A stretch of 58,233 nt of DNA from Acidimicrobiales bacterium (lineage in GTDB: Bacteria; Actinomycetota; Acidimicrobiia; Acidimicrobiales; AC-9). Positions 20,821-28,126 of this stretch are shown piece after piece. The notes beneath the pieces are model-generated. The model searched no databases and was not told the origin of the DNA. It saw nothing but the letters and a program-made list of their open reading frames with translations. Numbering within the stretch: position 1 is the stretch's first letter; every line of letters begins with the position of its first letter. Location: assembly GCA_051984395.1 (NCBI GenBank), contig JBPYEZ010000063.1, positions 1 to 58,233 on the forward strand, read 5' to 3'. A program made the translations under genes and the position numbers.

Positions 20821-22874
20821 GCGGGTCCGAGACCGGCCAGGGAGGCCGGCTGGGAGGACCTGCCTCGGGTGCGACCGCGCCCGAGACCGGCCCGGGAGGC
20901 CGGCTGCGAGGACCTGCCTCGGGTGCGACCGCGCCCGAGGCCTGGCGGCCCGATCCCGGCGAGGCGGCGGCCACCAATGTGGGACGGTTCATGGCCCGCC
21001 ACGGGCTGACCCGCTTCGAGGACCTCGTGGCCCGCTCCATCGACGATGCCGAGTGGTTCTGGGCAGCGGTCGTCGAGTTCCTCGGCATCCCGTTCGTCGA
21101 GCCATGGCGGGAGGTGCTGAACGTCGAGCAGGGGGCGCCGTGGGCCCGGTGGTTCGTCGGGGGACGCCTCAACCTGGCCGAGGTGTGTGTCGACCGCCAC
21201 GCCGCCGCCGACTCCGGGAAGGAGGCGGTCGTCTGGGAGGGCGAGGACGGGGAGGTTCGCCGGTGGACCTACGGCGAGCTCCGAGCGCAGGCAGACGGGC
21301 TGGCCCGCATGCTGGCCGAGCACGGCGTGGGGGAGGGCGACACCGTCGGCATCTTCCTGCCCATGGTGCCCGAGACCGTCGCCACGCTGATGGCGGTGGC
21401 CAAGCTGGGGTCCGTCTTTCTCCCGTTGTTCAGCGGGTACGCGCCGGCGGCGGTCAGCGCGCGGCTGTCGGATGCAGGGGCCGTGGCCCTCGTGACCGCC
21501 GACGGCTTCCACCGGCGGGGGACCGTCGTCCCTATGCTCGAAGTGGCAAGAGAGTCTGTCGCCGCGGTCCCGTCAGTTCGCACCGTCGTCGTCGTGGAGC
21601 GGCTCCGTACCGGCGGTCTCGACGGCGTTGGTGTCGACGGTGCTCCCGTCGAGGGGTGCACCTGGGCGCGGTGGCCCGGCCCTGGCGCAGCCTTTTCGTC
21701 ACGCCCGCTCGACTCCGAGCACCCGCTGTTCATCGGCTACACGTCGGGCACCACCGGGCGGCCGAAGGGCTCGGTCCACGTGCACGGCGGATTCGGGGTC
21801 AAGGTGGCCGAGGAGGTGGCGTTCCAGTTCGACTGCCGGCACGACGACGTCCTCTTCTGGTTCACCGACATCGGATGGATCATGGGTCCCTGGGAGGTGT
21901 TCGGCGGGCTCGCGCTGGGCGCCACGCTGCTGCTGTACGAAGGCGCCCCCGACTACCCGGCTCCCGACCGCCTCTGGGCGCTGCTCGAGCGGCACCGGGT
22001 GAGCATCTGCAGTGTGAGCCCCACCCTCGTGCGGGCCCTGATGGCACACGGGAACGATCCCGTGACGACGCACGACCTCTCGGCGTTGCGCATCCTCGGC
22101 TCCACCGGGGAGCCCTGGAACGAGCAGCCCTGGTGGTGGTACTTCCAGGTGGTGGGCGGTGGGCGCTGTCCGGTGATCAACATCTCGGGTGGGACCGAGG
22201 TCGGCGCCTGCTTCCTGTCTCCCCACCCGGTCGCGCCCTTGAAACCGCTGTCGCTCGGGGGCCCGGCGCTCGGCATGGCCGTCGACGTCTTCGACGAGCA
22301 GGGCCGATCGCTGCGCAATGCCGTCGGAGAGCTGGTGTGCACCAAGCCGTGGCCGGCGATGACGCGAGGCCTGTACCGCGACCCCGAGCGTTACCTCGCC
22401 ACCTACTGGTCTCGGTGGCCCGGCGTGTGGACCCACGGCGACTGGGCGTCGATCGACGAAGACGGTGAGTGGTTCCTGCACGGGCGCAGCGACGACACCA
22501 TCAAGCTGGCGGGTAAGCGCCTCGGGCCGGCGGAGGTCGAGTCGGTGCTCGTCTCGCACCCCGGCGTCCTGGAGGCCGCCGCCGTCGGCATCCCCGACGC
22601 GCTCAAGGGAGAGGTCCTCTGGGCGTTCGTGGTGCTCGGCCCCGGATGCACACCGTGCGAGGAGCTCCGGGTCGAGCTCACGACGCTGGTCGCGGACCAG
22701 CTGGGACGGTCGTTCCGGCCATCGAGCATCCGCTTCGCCGCTGCCCTGCCCAAGACGCGCAACGCCAAGGTGCTCCGGCGCGCCGTCCGCTCGGCGGCGA
22801 CCGGCGCCGATGCCGGCGACCTGTCCGGCCTAGAGGATCCGGCGGCCGTGGACGCCGTTCGGGAGGCCCGATGA
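20817..22874 (+). CDS. AMP-forming acyl/acetyl-CoA synthetase-like ligase with a repeat-containing N-terminal tail
   Basis: ATG at 20817 in an ATGA overlap. Motifs are FIGYTSGTTGRPKG, GEP, WTHGDWASIDEDGEWFLHGRSDDTIKLAGKR and LPKTRNAKVLRR. Confidence 0.85.
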   Translation: MSGSETGQGGRLGGPASGATAPETGPGGRLRGPASGATAPEAWRPDPGEAAATNVGRFMARHGLTRFEDLVARSIDDAEWFWAAVVEFLGIPFVEPWREVLNVEQGAPWARWFVGGRLNLAEVCVDRHAAADSGKEAVVWEGEDGEVRRWTYGELRAQADGLARMLAEHGVGEGDTVGIFLPMVPETVATLMAVAKLGSVFLPLFSGYAPAAVSARLSDAGAVALVTADGFHRRGTVVPMLEVARESVAAVPSVRTVVVVERLRTGGLDGVGVDGAPVEGCTWARWPGPGAAFSSRPLDSEHPLFIGYTSGTTGRPKGSVHVHGGFGVKVAEEVAFQFDCRHDDVLFWFTDIGWIMGPWEVFGGLALGATLLLYEGAPDYPAPDRLWALLERHRVSICSVSPTLVRALMAHGNDPVTTHDLSALRILGSTGEPWNEQPWWWYFQVVGGGRCPVINISGGTEVGACFLSPHPVAPLKPLSLGGPALGMAVDVFDEQGRSLRNAVGELVCTKPWPAMTRGLYRDPERYLATYWSRWPGVWTHGDWASIDEDGEWFLHGRSDDTIKLAGKRLGPAEVESVLVSHPGVLEAAAVGIPDALKGEVLWAFVVLGPGCTPCEELRVELTTLVADQLGRSFRPSSIRFAAALPKTRNAKVLRRAVRSAATGADAGDLSGLEDPAAVDAVREAR
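20829..20936 (+). repeat. in-frame 54-bp tandem duplication (2 copies, 52/54 identical) within the ligase 5' end
   Basis: Copies are 20829-20882 and 20883-20936. They encode ETGQGGRLGGPASGATAP and ETGPGGRLRGPASGATAP. Confidence 0.9.
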
Positions 22875-22898
22875 GGCGGACCAGGTGAGGCCGACCCA

Positions 22899-23501
22899 GT
22901 GATCCGGGCCTCCACCCTCGAGCTGACCGGGCGCCGGGTGCTGCTGCGGCCCCTGGTCGAGGGCGACTTCCCCCAATGGCAGGAGGTCCGTCGCCGGTGT
23001 CGTGACTGGCTGGTCCCATGGGAGCCCCGACCGCCCATGGGCTCCTCCGACGCGGTCGAGGACCGGCGGGCCTTCGCAGCCCGGTGCGGCGGACGTGAGC
23101 GCGAGCGCCAGCTCGGCAGCGGCTACGGGTTCGGCATCTTCGTCGAGGGTCGTCTCGGTGGGGAGATCAACCTCTCGTCGATCCAGCGCGGCCCGTTCCA
23201 GAACTGCTACGTCGGCTACTGGGTCGACGAGGCCCTCGCCGGCAGGGGCTATGCGCCGGAGGCCCTGGTGGTGGTGCTTCGCTTCGCGTTCGAGGACCTG
23301 GCGCTGCATCGACTCCAGATCTCCATCATCCCCCGCAACCGGGCCAGCCGACGGGTGGTGGAGAAGCTCGGCCTTCGCAACGAGGGTGTCGCCGAGCGGT
23401 ATCTCCAGATCAACGGGCGATGGGAAGACCACATCCGCTATGCCATCACCGCCGAGGAGTGGGCCGAGCGGCGGGATGGATACCTCGACGCCTGGGGCTG
23501 A
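22899..23501 (+). CDS. GNAT-family N-acetyltransferase (RimJ/RimL-like)
   Basis: 200 aa. It reads LRPLVEGDFPQW...GYWVDEALAGRGYAPEAL...LHRLQISIIPRN..S..V.EKLG. Confidence 0.85.
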   Translation: MIRASTLELTGRRVLLRPLVEGDFPQWQEVRRRCRDWLVPWEPRPPMGSSDAVEDRRAFAARCGGRERERQLGSGYGFGIFVEGRLGGEINLSSIQRGPFQNCYVGYWVDEALAGRGYAPEALVVVLRFAFEDLALHRLQISIIPRNRASRRVVEKLGLRNEGVAERYLQINGRWEDHIRYAITAEEWAERRDGYLDAWG

Positions 23502-23507
23502 CCTCCG

Positions 23508-24554
23508 TCAGGCCTCAGGATTGCGCACGACGGCCGGTGAGTGGCGGAAGAACGCCTCCACATCCCGCTCGTAGGTGTAGTCGGGAGGGGTGGCGCCCAC
23601 GGTCCGCCGCAACCGTCGGGCCCGGGCGAAGTTCTCGACGGCGCCGGCCGAGGTGTACCGGTAGGTGAACCCCGCCTCCTTGAGCCGGCGGTTGTCGATG
23701 CCCCGCCCGAACCGGAGCAGGGTGAGCAGTTCCGAGGGCAGGTCGAGCAGGCCCATCTGCCGGAGGGGCGCGGCGGCGACGTTGGTCATGATGAAGGGCA
23801 GTGGCAGCAGGCGGACGCCGCAGATGTTCGCCACCTCGCTCCAGGGCAGCCGGCCGTCTCCGGCGACGTTGTAGATGCCGGCCACGCCGTGCTTGGTGAC
23901 GAACTCGAGGCAGCGGACGACGTCGCCCTCCTCGACGAACTGGACGAGAGGGTCGAAGCCGAAGACGTAGGGTGCCGTCTGGCGCTCGAGGGCCTGGCTC
24001 GTCGCCGTCACGATCTCGGTGCCGAGCACGTTGGCGAACCGCAGCAGCGTGACCACGACGTGGGGGTTGTCCTCGGCGAAGTCGCGCAGATAGCCCTCGG
24101 CCTCGAGCAACGACGATTCGACCCGGGTGTGCGGCGGCCCCGTTCGAGGCGTCTCCTCCCGGAACCACACCGGATCCTGGAACGACGACCCGTACACCAA
24201 GCTGGACGACTTCACCACGATCTGACGGACCGGTGCTCCCGCGGCGCTGGCCGCGGCCAGGAGGTTCATCGTCCCGATGACGTTGGTCTCGTGCAGTGCC
24301 CGTCCGCTCATCCGGGTGGAGTCCACGACGAGGAAGGTGTGGACGATCGTGTCGACCTGGGCGGCGCGCACGATGCGCGAGAGGATCGAGTAGCTCTGGT
24401 CGGCGCGCACGTACTCGGTCCGCTCCAGCTCGACCGAAGGTGTCACGGTGTCGAGGCCGACGATCATCTCGACGTCGGGGTCCCGCTCGAGCGCCTGGGC
24501 CATGCGACCGCCCCAGAACGTCCCGAGTCCCGTGATCAGGACACGCCGCCCCAC
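23508..24554 (-). CDS. NAD-dependent epimerase/dehydratase family protein
   Basis: GTG at 24554 gives VGRRVLITGLGTFWGG, a Rossmann GxxGxxG. The rest of ORF 23508..25325 upstream overlaps the acyltransferase gene. Confidence 0.85.
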   Translation of the reverse strand: MGRRVLITGLGTFWGGRMAQALERDPDVEMIVGLDTVTPSVELERTEYVRADQSYSILSRIVRAAQVDTIVHTFLVVDSTRMSGRALHETNVIGTMNLLAAASAAGAPVRQIVVKSSSLVYGSSFQDPVWFREETPRTGPPHTRVESSLLEAEGYLRDFAEDNPHVVVTLLRFANVLGTEIVTATSQALERQTAPYVFGFDPLVQFVEEGDVVRCLEFVTKHGVAGIYNVAGDGRLPWSEVANICGVRLLPLPFIMTNVAAAPLRQMGLLDLPSELLTLLRFGRGIDNRRLKEAGFTYRYTSAGAVENFARARRLRRTVGATPPDYTYERDVEAFFRHSPAVVRNPEA

Positions 24555-24559
24555 TCTCG

Positions 24560-25444
24560 TCAACCGAACCAGACGCTGCGACGGTCGCGCAGCATGTCGT
24601 ACAGGTTGTCCTGGAGCTTGACCCTGATGGCCTCGGCCTCGTCCATGACCCGGCTCTTGGAGTACCGCTCCTGCTCGGGAGGGACCTGGAACGTGACCGG
24701 ATCGAGCACGCGCAGCTTGAACTTGGACGGGAAGTAGGCGATCGTCCCCACGACGGGCCCGAACACCAGATGATTGGCGGTGATCGGGACGTAGGGTACC
24801 CCGAGCGCGCGGGCCAACGCCGGCACCTTGGCGAGCGTCGGCATCGACTCCTCGGCTCCCACCACGGCGATGGGGACGATGGGCACGCCGGCGCGCATCG
24901 CCATCTCCACGAACCCACCACGCCCGAAGCGCCGGAGCCGGTACCGGTCCTGGTAGAGCTTGCCCGGACCCTTGGTGCCCTCGGGGAACACCAGGACGAG
25001 CTGGCGCTGCTCCCGCAGCAGGCGGAAGGCGTTCTCGGGGTGGGCGGCCACACCGCCCAACCGCGACCACATGGTGCCGATGACGGGGAAGGTCTTGAAG
25101 ATGTGGTCGGCGAGACCGTAGACGGGTCGCCCCAGCTCTTCCTCGATGCCGTGCATGATCACCGGTGCGTCGGATGGGATGGCGGCGGCGTGGTTGGCGA
25201 CCAGGAGCGCACCGCCGCTGGTCGGGATCTTCTCCAACCCCTGCCACTCCACCCGGAACCACTGACGGTAGAGCGGTGCGTAGATCTGCCGGGCGATGGC
25301 CCGCATGTGCTCCGAGCGGCCCCACTCGTCGACGTCGGACAGCCGGGGATCGTCCGGCGGCGCCTCGACACCGGCCTCCCTGGGCCGGAGCGGGACCAAC
25401 GCCGCCGGTCTCGTTGCCTCGACGAATCTGTCGCCAGCCGCCAC
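24560..25444 (-). CDS. lysophospholipid/1-acylglycerol-3-phosphate acyltransferase family (PlsC-like)
   Basis: The HX4D-type box is VANHAAAIPSD; also FPEGTKGPG and PIVPIAVVGAEE. Confidence 0.85.
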   Translation of the reverse strand: MAAGDRFVEATRPAALVPLRPREAGVEAPPDDPRLSDVDEWGRSEHMRAIARQIYAPLYRQWFRVEWQGLEKIPTSGGALLVANHAAAIPSDAPVIMHGIEEELGRPVYGLADHIFKTFPVIGTMWSRLGGVAAHPENAFRLLREQRQLVLVFPEGTKGPGKLYQDRYRLRRFGRGGFVEMAMRAGVPIVPIAVVGAEESMPTLAKVPALARALGVPYVPITANHLVFGPVVGTIAYFPSKFKLRVLDPVTFQVPPEQERYSKSRVMDEAEAIRVKLQDNLYDMLRDRRSVWFG

Positions 25445-25494
25445 GGAGTCATGTTAGGCCGCCGAGAGGGGCCTATCGTGAGGGCGAGGATGAC

Positions 25495-25568
25495 GGGGAC
25501 GTAGCCCAACCGGCAGAGGCGGGGCGCTTAAAACGCCCGTAGTGAGGGTTCGACTCCCTCCGTCCCCA
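25495..25568 (+). tRNA. tRNA with anticodon UAA (nominally Leu), 74 nt. It is class-I sized with a 5-nt variable loop, which is atypical for bacterial tRNA-Leu.
   Basis: Folded by hand into a cloverleaf. The acceptor stem is GGGGACG/CGTCCCC. The D arm is GCC-CAACCGGCAGA-GGC. The anticodon stem is GGGCG/CGCCC with loop CTTAAAA, placing anticodon TAA at 25529-25531. The variable loop is GTAGT, the T arm is GAGGG-TTCGACT-CCCTC, and the discriminator is A. No CCA is encoded. Confidence 0.8.
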
Positions 25569-25606
25569 CTCCGGACGCTTCGCGGCCGGGTGGGGATATC
25601 GGCTGC

Positions 25607-26203
25607 TCAGGCAGGTCGTCTCGCTCCATCCGCGCCGTCGCTGTCCGTGAAGGCGACGTCGGCAGCCGCCAGCTCGCCCCGGACCGTCGCCGTGGTGGCG
25701 GGCGAGACGCCGGCGCAGAGATCCTCGAGCACGGTCGTCCGGAAACCGGCGTGCACGGCGTCCCAGGCGGTGGCGGCCACGCAGTAGTCGCTGGTGAGGC
25801 CGACGATGTGGACATCGTCGATCGCCCGCCCGCGCAGCCACGTCTCCAGGTAGGTGCCCTCGGCATCGGTGCCCTCGAAGCCCGAGTAGGCGGCCCGGAA
25901 GCGACCCTTGGTAAAGATCGCATCGGGGTCGCAGTGCAGGTCAGGGTGGAACTCTGCTCCCGGCGTACCGATCACGCAGTGGGGTGGCCAGGTGTTGAGG
26001 TAGTCGGGCTGATCGGTGAAGTGGTGCCACGGAGCCTCGTGTGCGTCCTTGGTGGCGACCACGGCGGCGTAGAGGTCCCGATGGGCGCCGACCCACGTCG
26101 TGATGCGCCGGGCGACGTCGTCGCCTCCTTCGACCGCCAGCGATCCCCCGGGGCAGAAATCCAGCTGCACGTCGGTCACGACGAGGGCCGTCGACCTGGA
26201 CAC
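25607..26203 (-). CDS. pncA: nicotinamidase/pyrazinamidase (isochorismatase family)
   Basis: It reads ALVVTDVQLDFCPGGSLAV, ATKDAH, WPPHCV.GT.GAEFH and GLTSDYCV. Confidence 0.85.
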   Translation of the reverse strand: MSRSTALVVTDVQLDFCPGGSLAVEGGDDVARRITTWVGAHRDLYAAVVATKDAHEAPWHHFTDQPDYLNTWPPHCVIGTPGAEFHPDLHCDPDAIFTKGRFRAAYSGFEGTDAEGTYLETWLRGRAIDDVHIVGLTSDYCVAATAWDAVHAGFRTTVLEDLCAGVSPATTATVRGELAAADVAFTDSDGADGARRPA

Positions 26204-26360
26204 CGTGCCACCTCCTCACGGCCGCTTCCTGGTCAGCAGCTTACGAGGCGCCGGGGAGACCACTGCGCCCCGGCGTGGTCCGTCACCAGTGACGATCCCC
26301 CCGGAATCTTGCGACGTCGTTTCCCCGCCGCCCCCGAGGGAGGGGTACGGTCTGCTCGCC

Positions 26361-27161
26361 ATGGCCAGCATGGACGACATCACGGCCGACCTGACGGCGG
26401 AGCAGGACGATCTGGACGCGCTGGTCGGGTCCCTCGACGACCGGGACTGGATCCGTCCGACGCCCGCCGAGGGCTGGAACGTGAGGGACCAGATCGGTCA
26501 CCTCAACTACTTCGATGCCGCCGCCACGACGGCGCTCGTGGCACCGGAACGGTTCCGGGCGGAGGTCGAGTCCGCCCTGGCCCAGGGCGCCGACTTCACC
26601 GCCCACCACCTCGATCGGGCGCGCGCCATGTCCACCGCGGAGCTGCTCGAGGCGTGGCGAGGGGGACGCAGGGACCTGCTGGCGGCGGTGGCCGCCGCCG
26701 ATCCCGCCGTCAGGGTTGCCTGGTACGGGCCGCCGATGAGCCTGGCGTCGTTCGCCAGCGCCCGGCTCATGGAGGCCTGGGCTCACGGCCAGGACGTGGC
26801 CGACGGCATCGGGGCCGACCGGGTGCCGACGGATCGCCTGCGCCACGTCGCCCACATCGGGGTGCGATCGCGTCCGTTCAGCTACACGGTGCGCGGTCGC
26901 CAGCCACCGGCCGAGCCGGTCAGCGTCGAGCTGGTGGGTCCTTCTGGTGACCGGTGGACCTGGGAGGCAGACGGGTCGGACGACGTGGTACGGGGGTCGG
27001 CGCTCGGCTTCTGCCTCGTCGTGACCCAGCGCCGCCACGTCGACGACACCGACGTGGCTGCCGAGGGGCCGATGGCCCGGGAGTGGATGGCGCTCGCCCA
27101 GGCCTTCGCTGGCCCGCCCGGGCCCGGTCGTCGTCCGGGCCAGTTCACCCGCCTCGGCTGA
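26361..27161 (+). CDS. TIGR03084-like / mycothiol-maleylpyruvate-isomerase N-terminal (DinB-like) metal-binding protein
   Basis: ATG at 26361. It reads WIRPTPAEGWNVRDQIGHL..FD and MEAWAHGQDV. Confidence 0.7.
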   Translation: MASMDDITADLTAEQDDLDALVGSLDDRDWIRPTPAEGWNVRDQIGHLNYFDAAATTALVAPERFRAEVESALAQGADFTAHHLDRARAMSTAELLEAWRGGRRDLLAAVAAADPAVRVAWYGPPMSLASFASARLMEAWAHGQDVADGIGADRVPTDRLRHVAHIGVRSRPFSYTVRGRQPPAEPVSVELVGPSGDRWTWEADGSDDVVRGSALGFCLVVTQRRHVDDTDVAAEGPMAREWMALAQAFAGPPGPGRRPGQFTRLG

Positions 27162-27179
27162 GGGCCGTCGAGCCGGCGA

Positions 27180-28031
27180 TCAGGTGGCGGCCGGCACCTC
27201 GGCGCTCGGCCCGGGCTCGGGCACAGCGCCTTCTGGGCGCGCCGCGTCCTCGCGGCGCCGCCGTCGCCAGAGGACGGCCACGGCGACGAACCCGGCGGCG
27301 CTGAGGATCAACGACACGACCTCGACCGCGTCCCACAAGTGCGGAACGGCGAGCCAGAAGTACTCGTCGGTGAACCGGGTGAGCGACCACAGGGCGACCG
27401 CCGACGCCACCAGCAGCCCCACGGGCCGCCCCCGCGTCCAACGCTCCAAGAGGAGCAGGATCCCGAGGATGGCGAAGCACTCGAGTGACTGGAAGACCGG
27501 TACGGGGATGCGCTTGCCCACCTGCCCGGCGTACTCCAGCCCGTACCAGGCGTTGGTGGGATGGCCACCGCCATTGACCATCAGCTGGGGGCCCAGGAGC
27601 CGACCGACTCCCCAGGCGGCCACGAGCACCGGCGCCACCAGGTCGAGGGCCCTGCTGGTGGGGAGCTCGGGGCAGCGACGCCGGGCCAGCACGATGGCGA
27701 CGGGAACGGCGAAGAGGAGACCCCCGAACGACGACAGCCCGCCGTGCCAGATGGCCAGGATGTCGCCCGGGTTGTCGGCGTAATAGCTGATGTTGGCGAT
27801 CACGTGCACGACCCGGGCCCCGACGATGGAGGACACCACGACCCAGAGGAAGATCCCGCTGGCCCACCGCCATGGGTAGCCGTTCTTGCGCAGGCGGTGC
27901 TCGAAGTAGCGCAGCGAGAACCAGAAGGTGAGCGCCAGCCCGATCCCATAGGTGTGGATCTGGAGCGATCCGATGTGGAAGTCGACAGGGATTGGCTTCA
28001 ATGCGGCTCTCCGGGCGACCGATTGGGGCAC
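27180..28031 (-). CDS. lgt: prolipoprotein diacylglyceryl transferase
   Basis: It reads IHTYGIGLALTF, IWHGGLSSFGGLL and GRLLG...NGGGHPT. The start is uncertain (GTG 28031 or TTG 28001); the ORF-track start at 28280 is implausibly far upstream. Confidence 0.85.
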   Translation of the reverse strand: MPQSVARRAALKPIPVDFHIGSLQIHTYGIGLALTFWFSLRYFEHRLRKNGYPWRWASGIFLWVVVSSIVGARVVHVIANISYYADNPGDILAIWHGGLSSFGGLLFAVPVAIVLARRRCPELPTSRALDLVAPVLVAAWGVGRLLGPQLMVNGGGHPTNAWYGLEYAGQVGKRIPVPVFQSLECFAILGILLLLERWTRGRPVGLLVASAVALWSLTRFTDEYFWLAVPHLWDAVEVVSLILSAAGFVAVAVLWRRRRREDAARPEGAVPEPGPSAEVPAAT

Positions 28032-28126
28032 CCTCAGTATGCACCTCCCGACGAGAGCTACGGACCGCAGCGCTCCAGGGATGCCACCCCTGGATTCCCG
28101 AACACACGTTCGACTAGGATCCGACC

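Noticed and set aside
25473-25923. ORFs 25473..25841(-) and 25528..25923(-) overlapping the tRNA and pncA
   Set aside because: They run through the tRNA gene and lie out of frame within pncA, which has clear nicotinamidase motifs in its own frame.
25495-27200. The tRNA gene might be the attachment site of a genomic island or prophage.
   Set aside because: There is no integrase, no phage or transposon genes, and I saw no repeat of the tRNA 3' end downstream. The neighbours (pncA, a DinB-like protein, lgt) are ordinary chromosomal genes.
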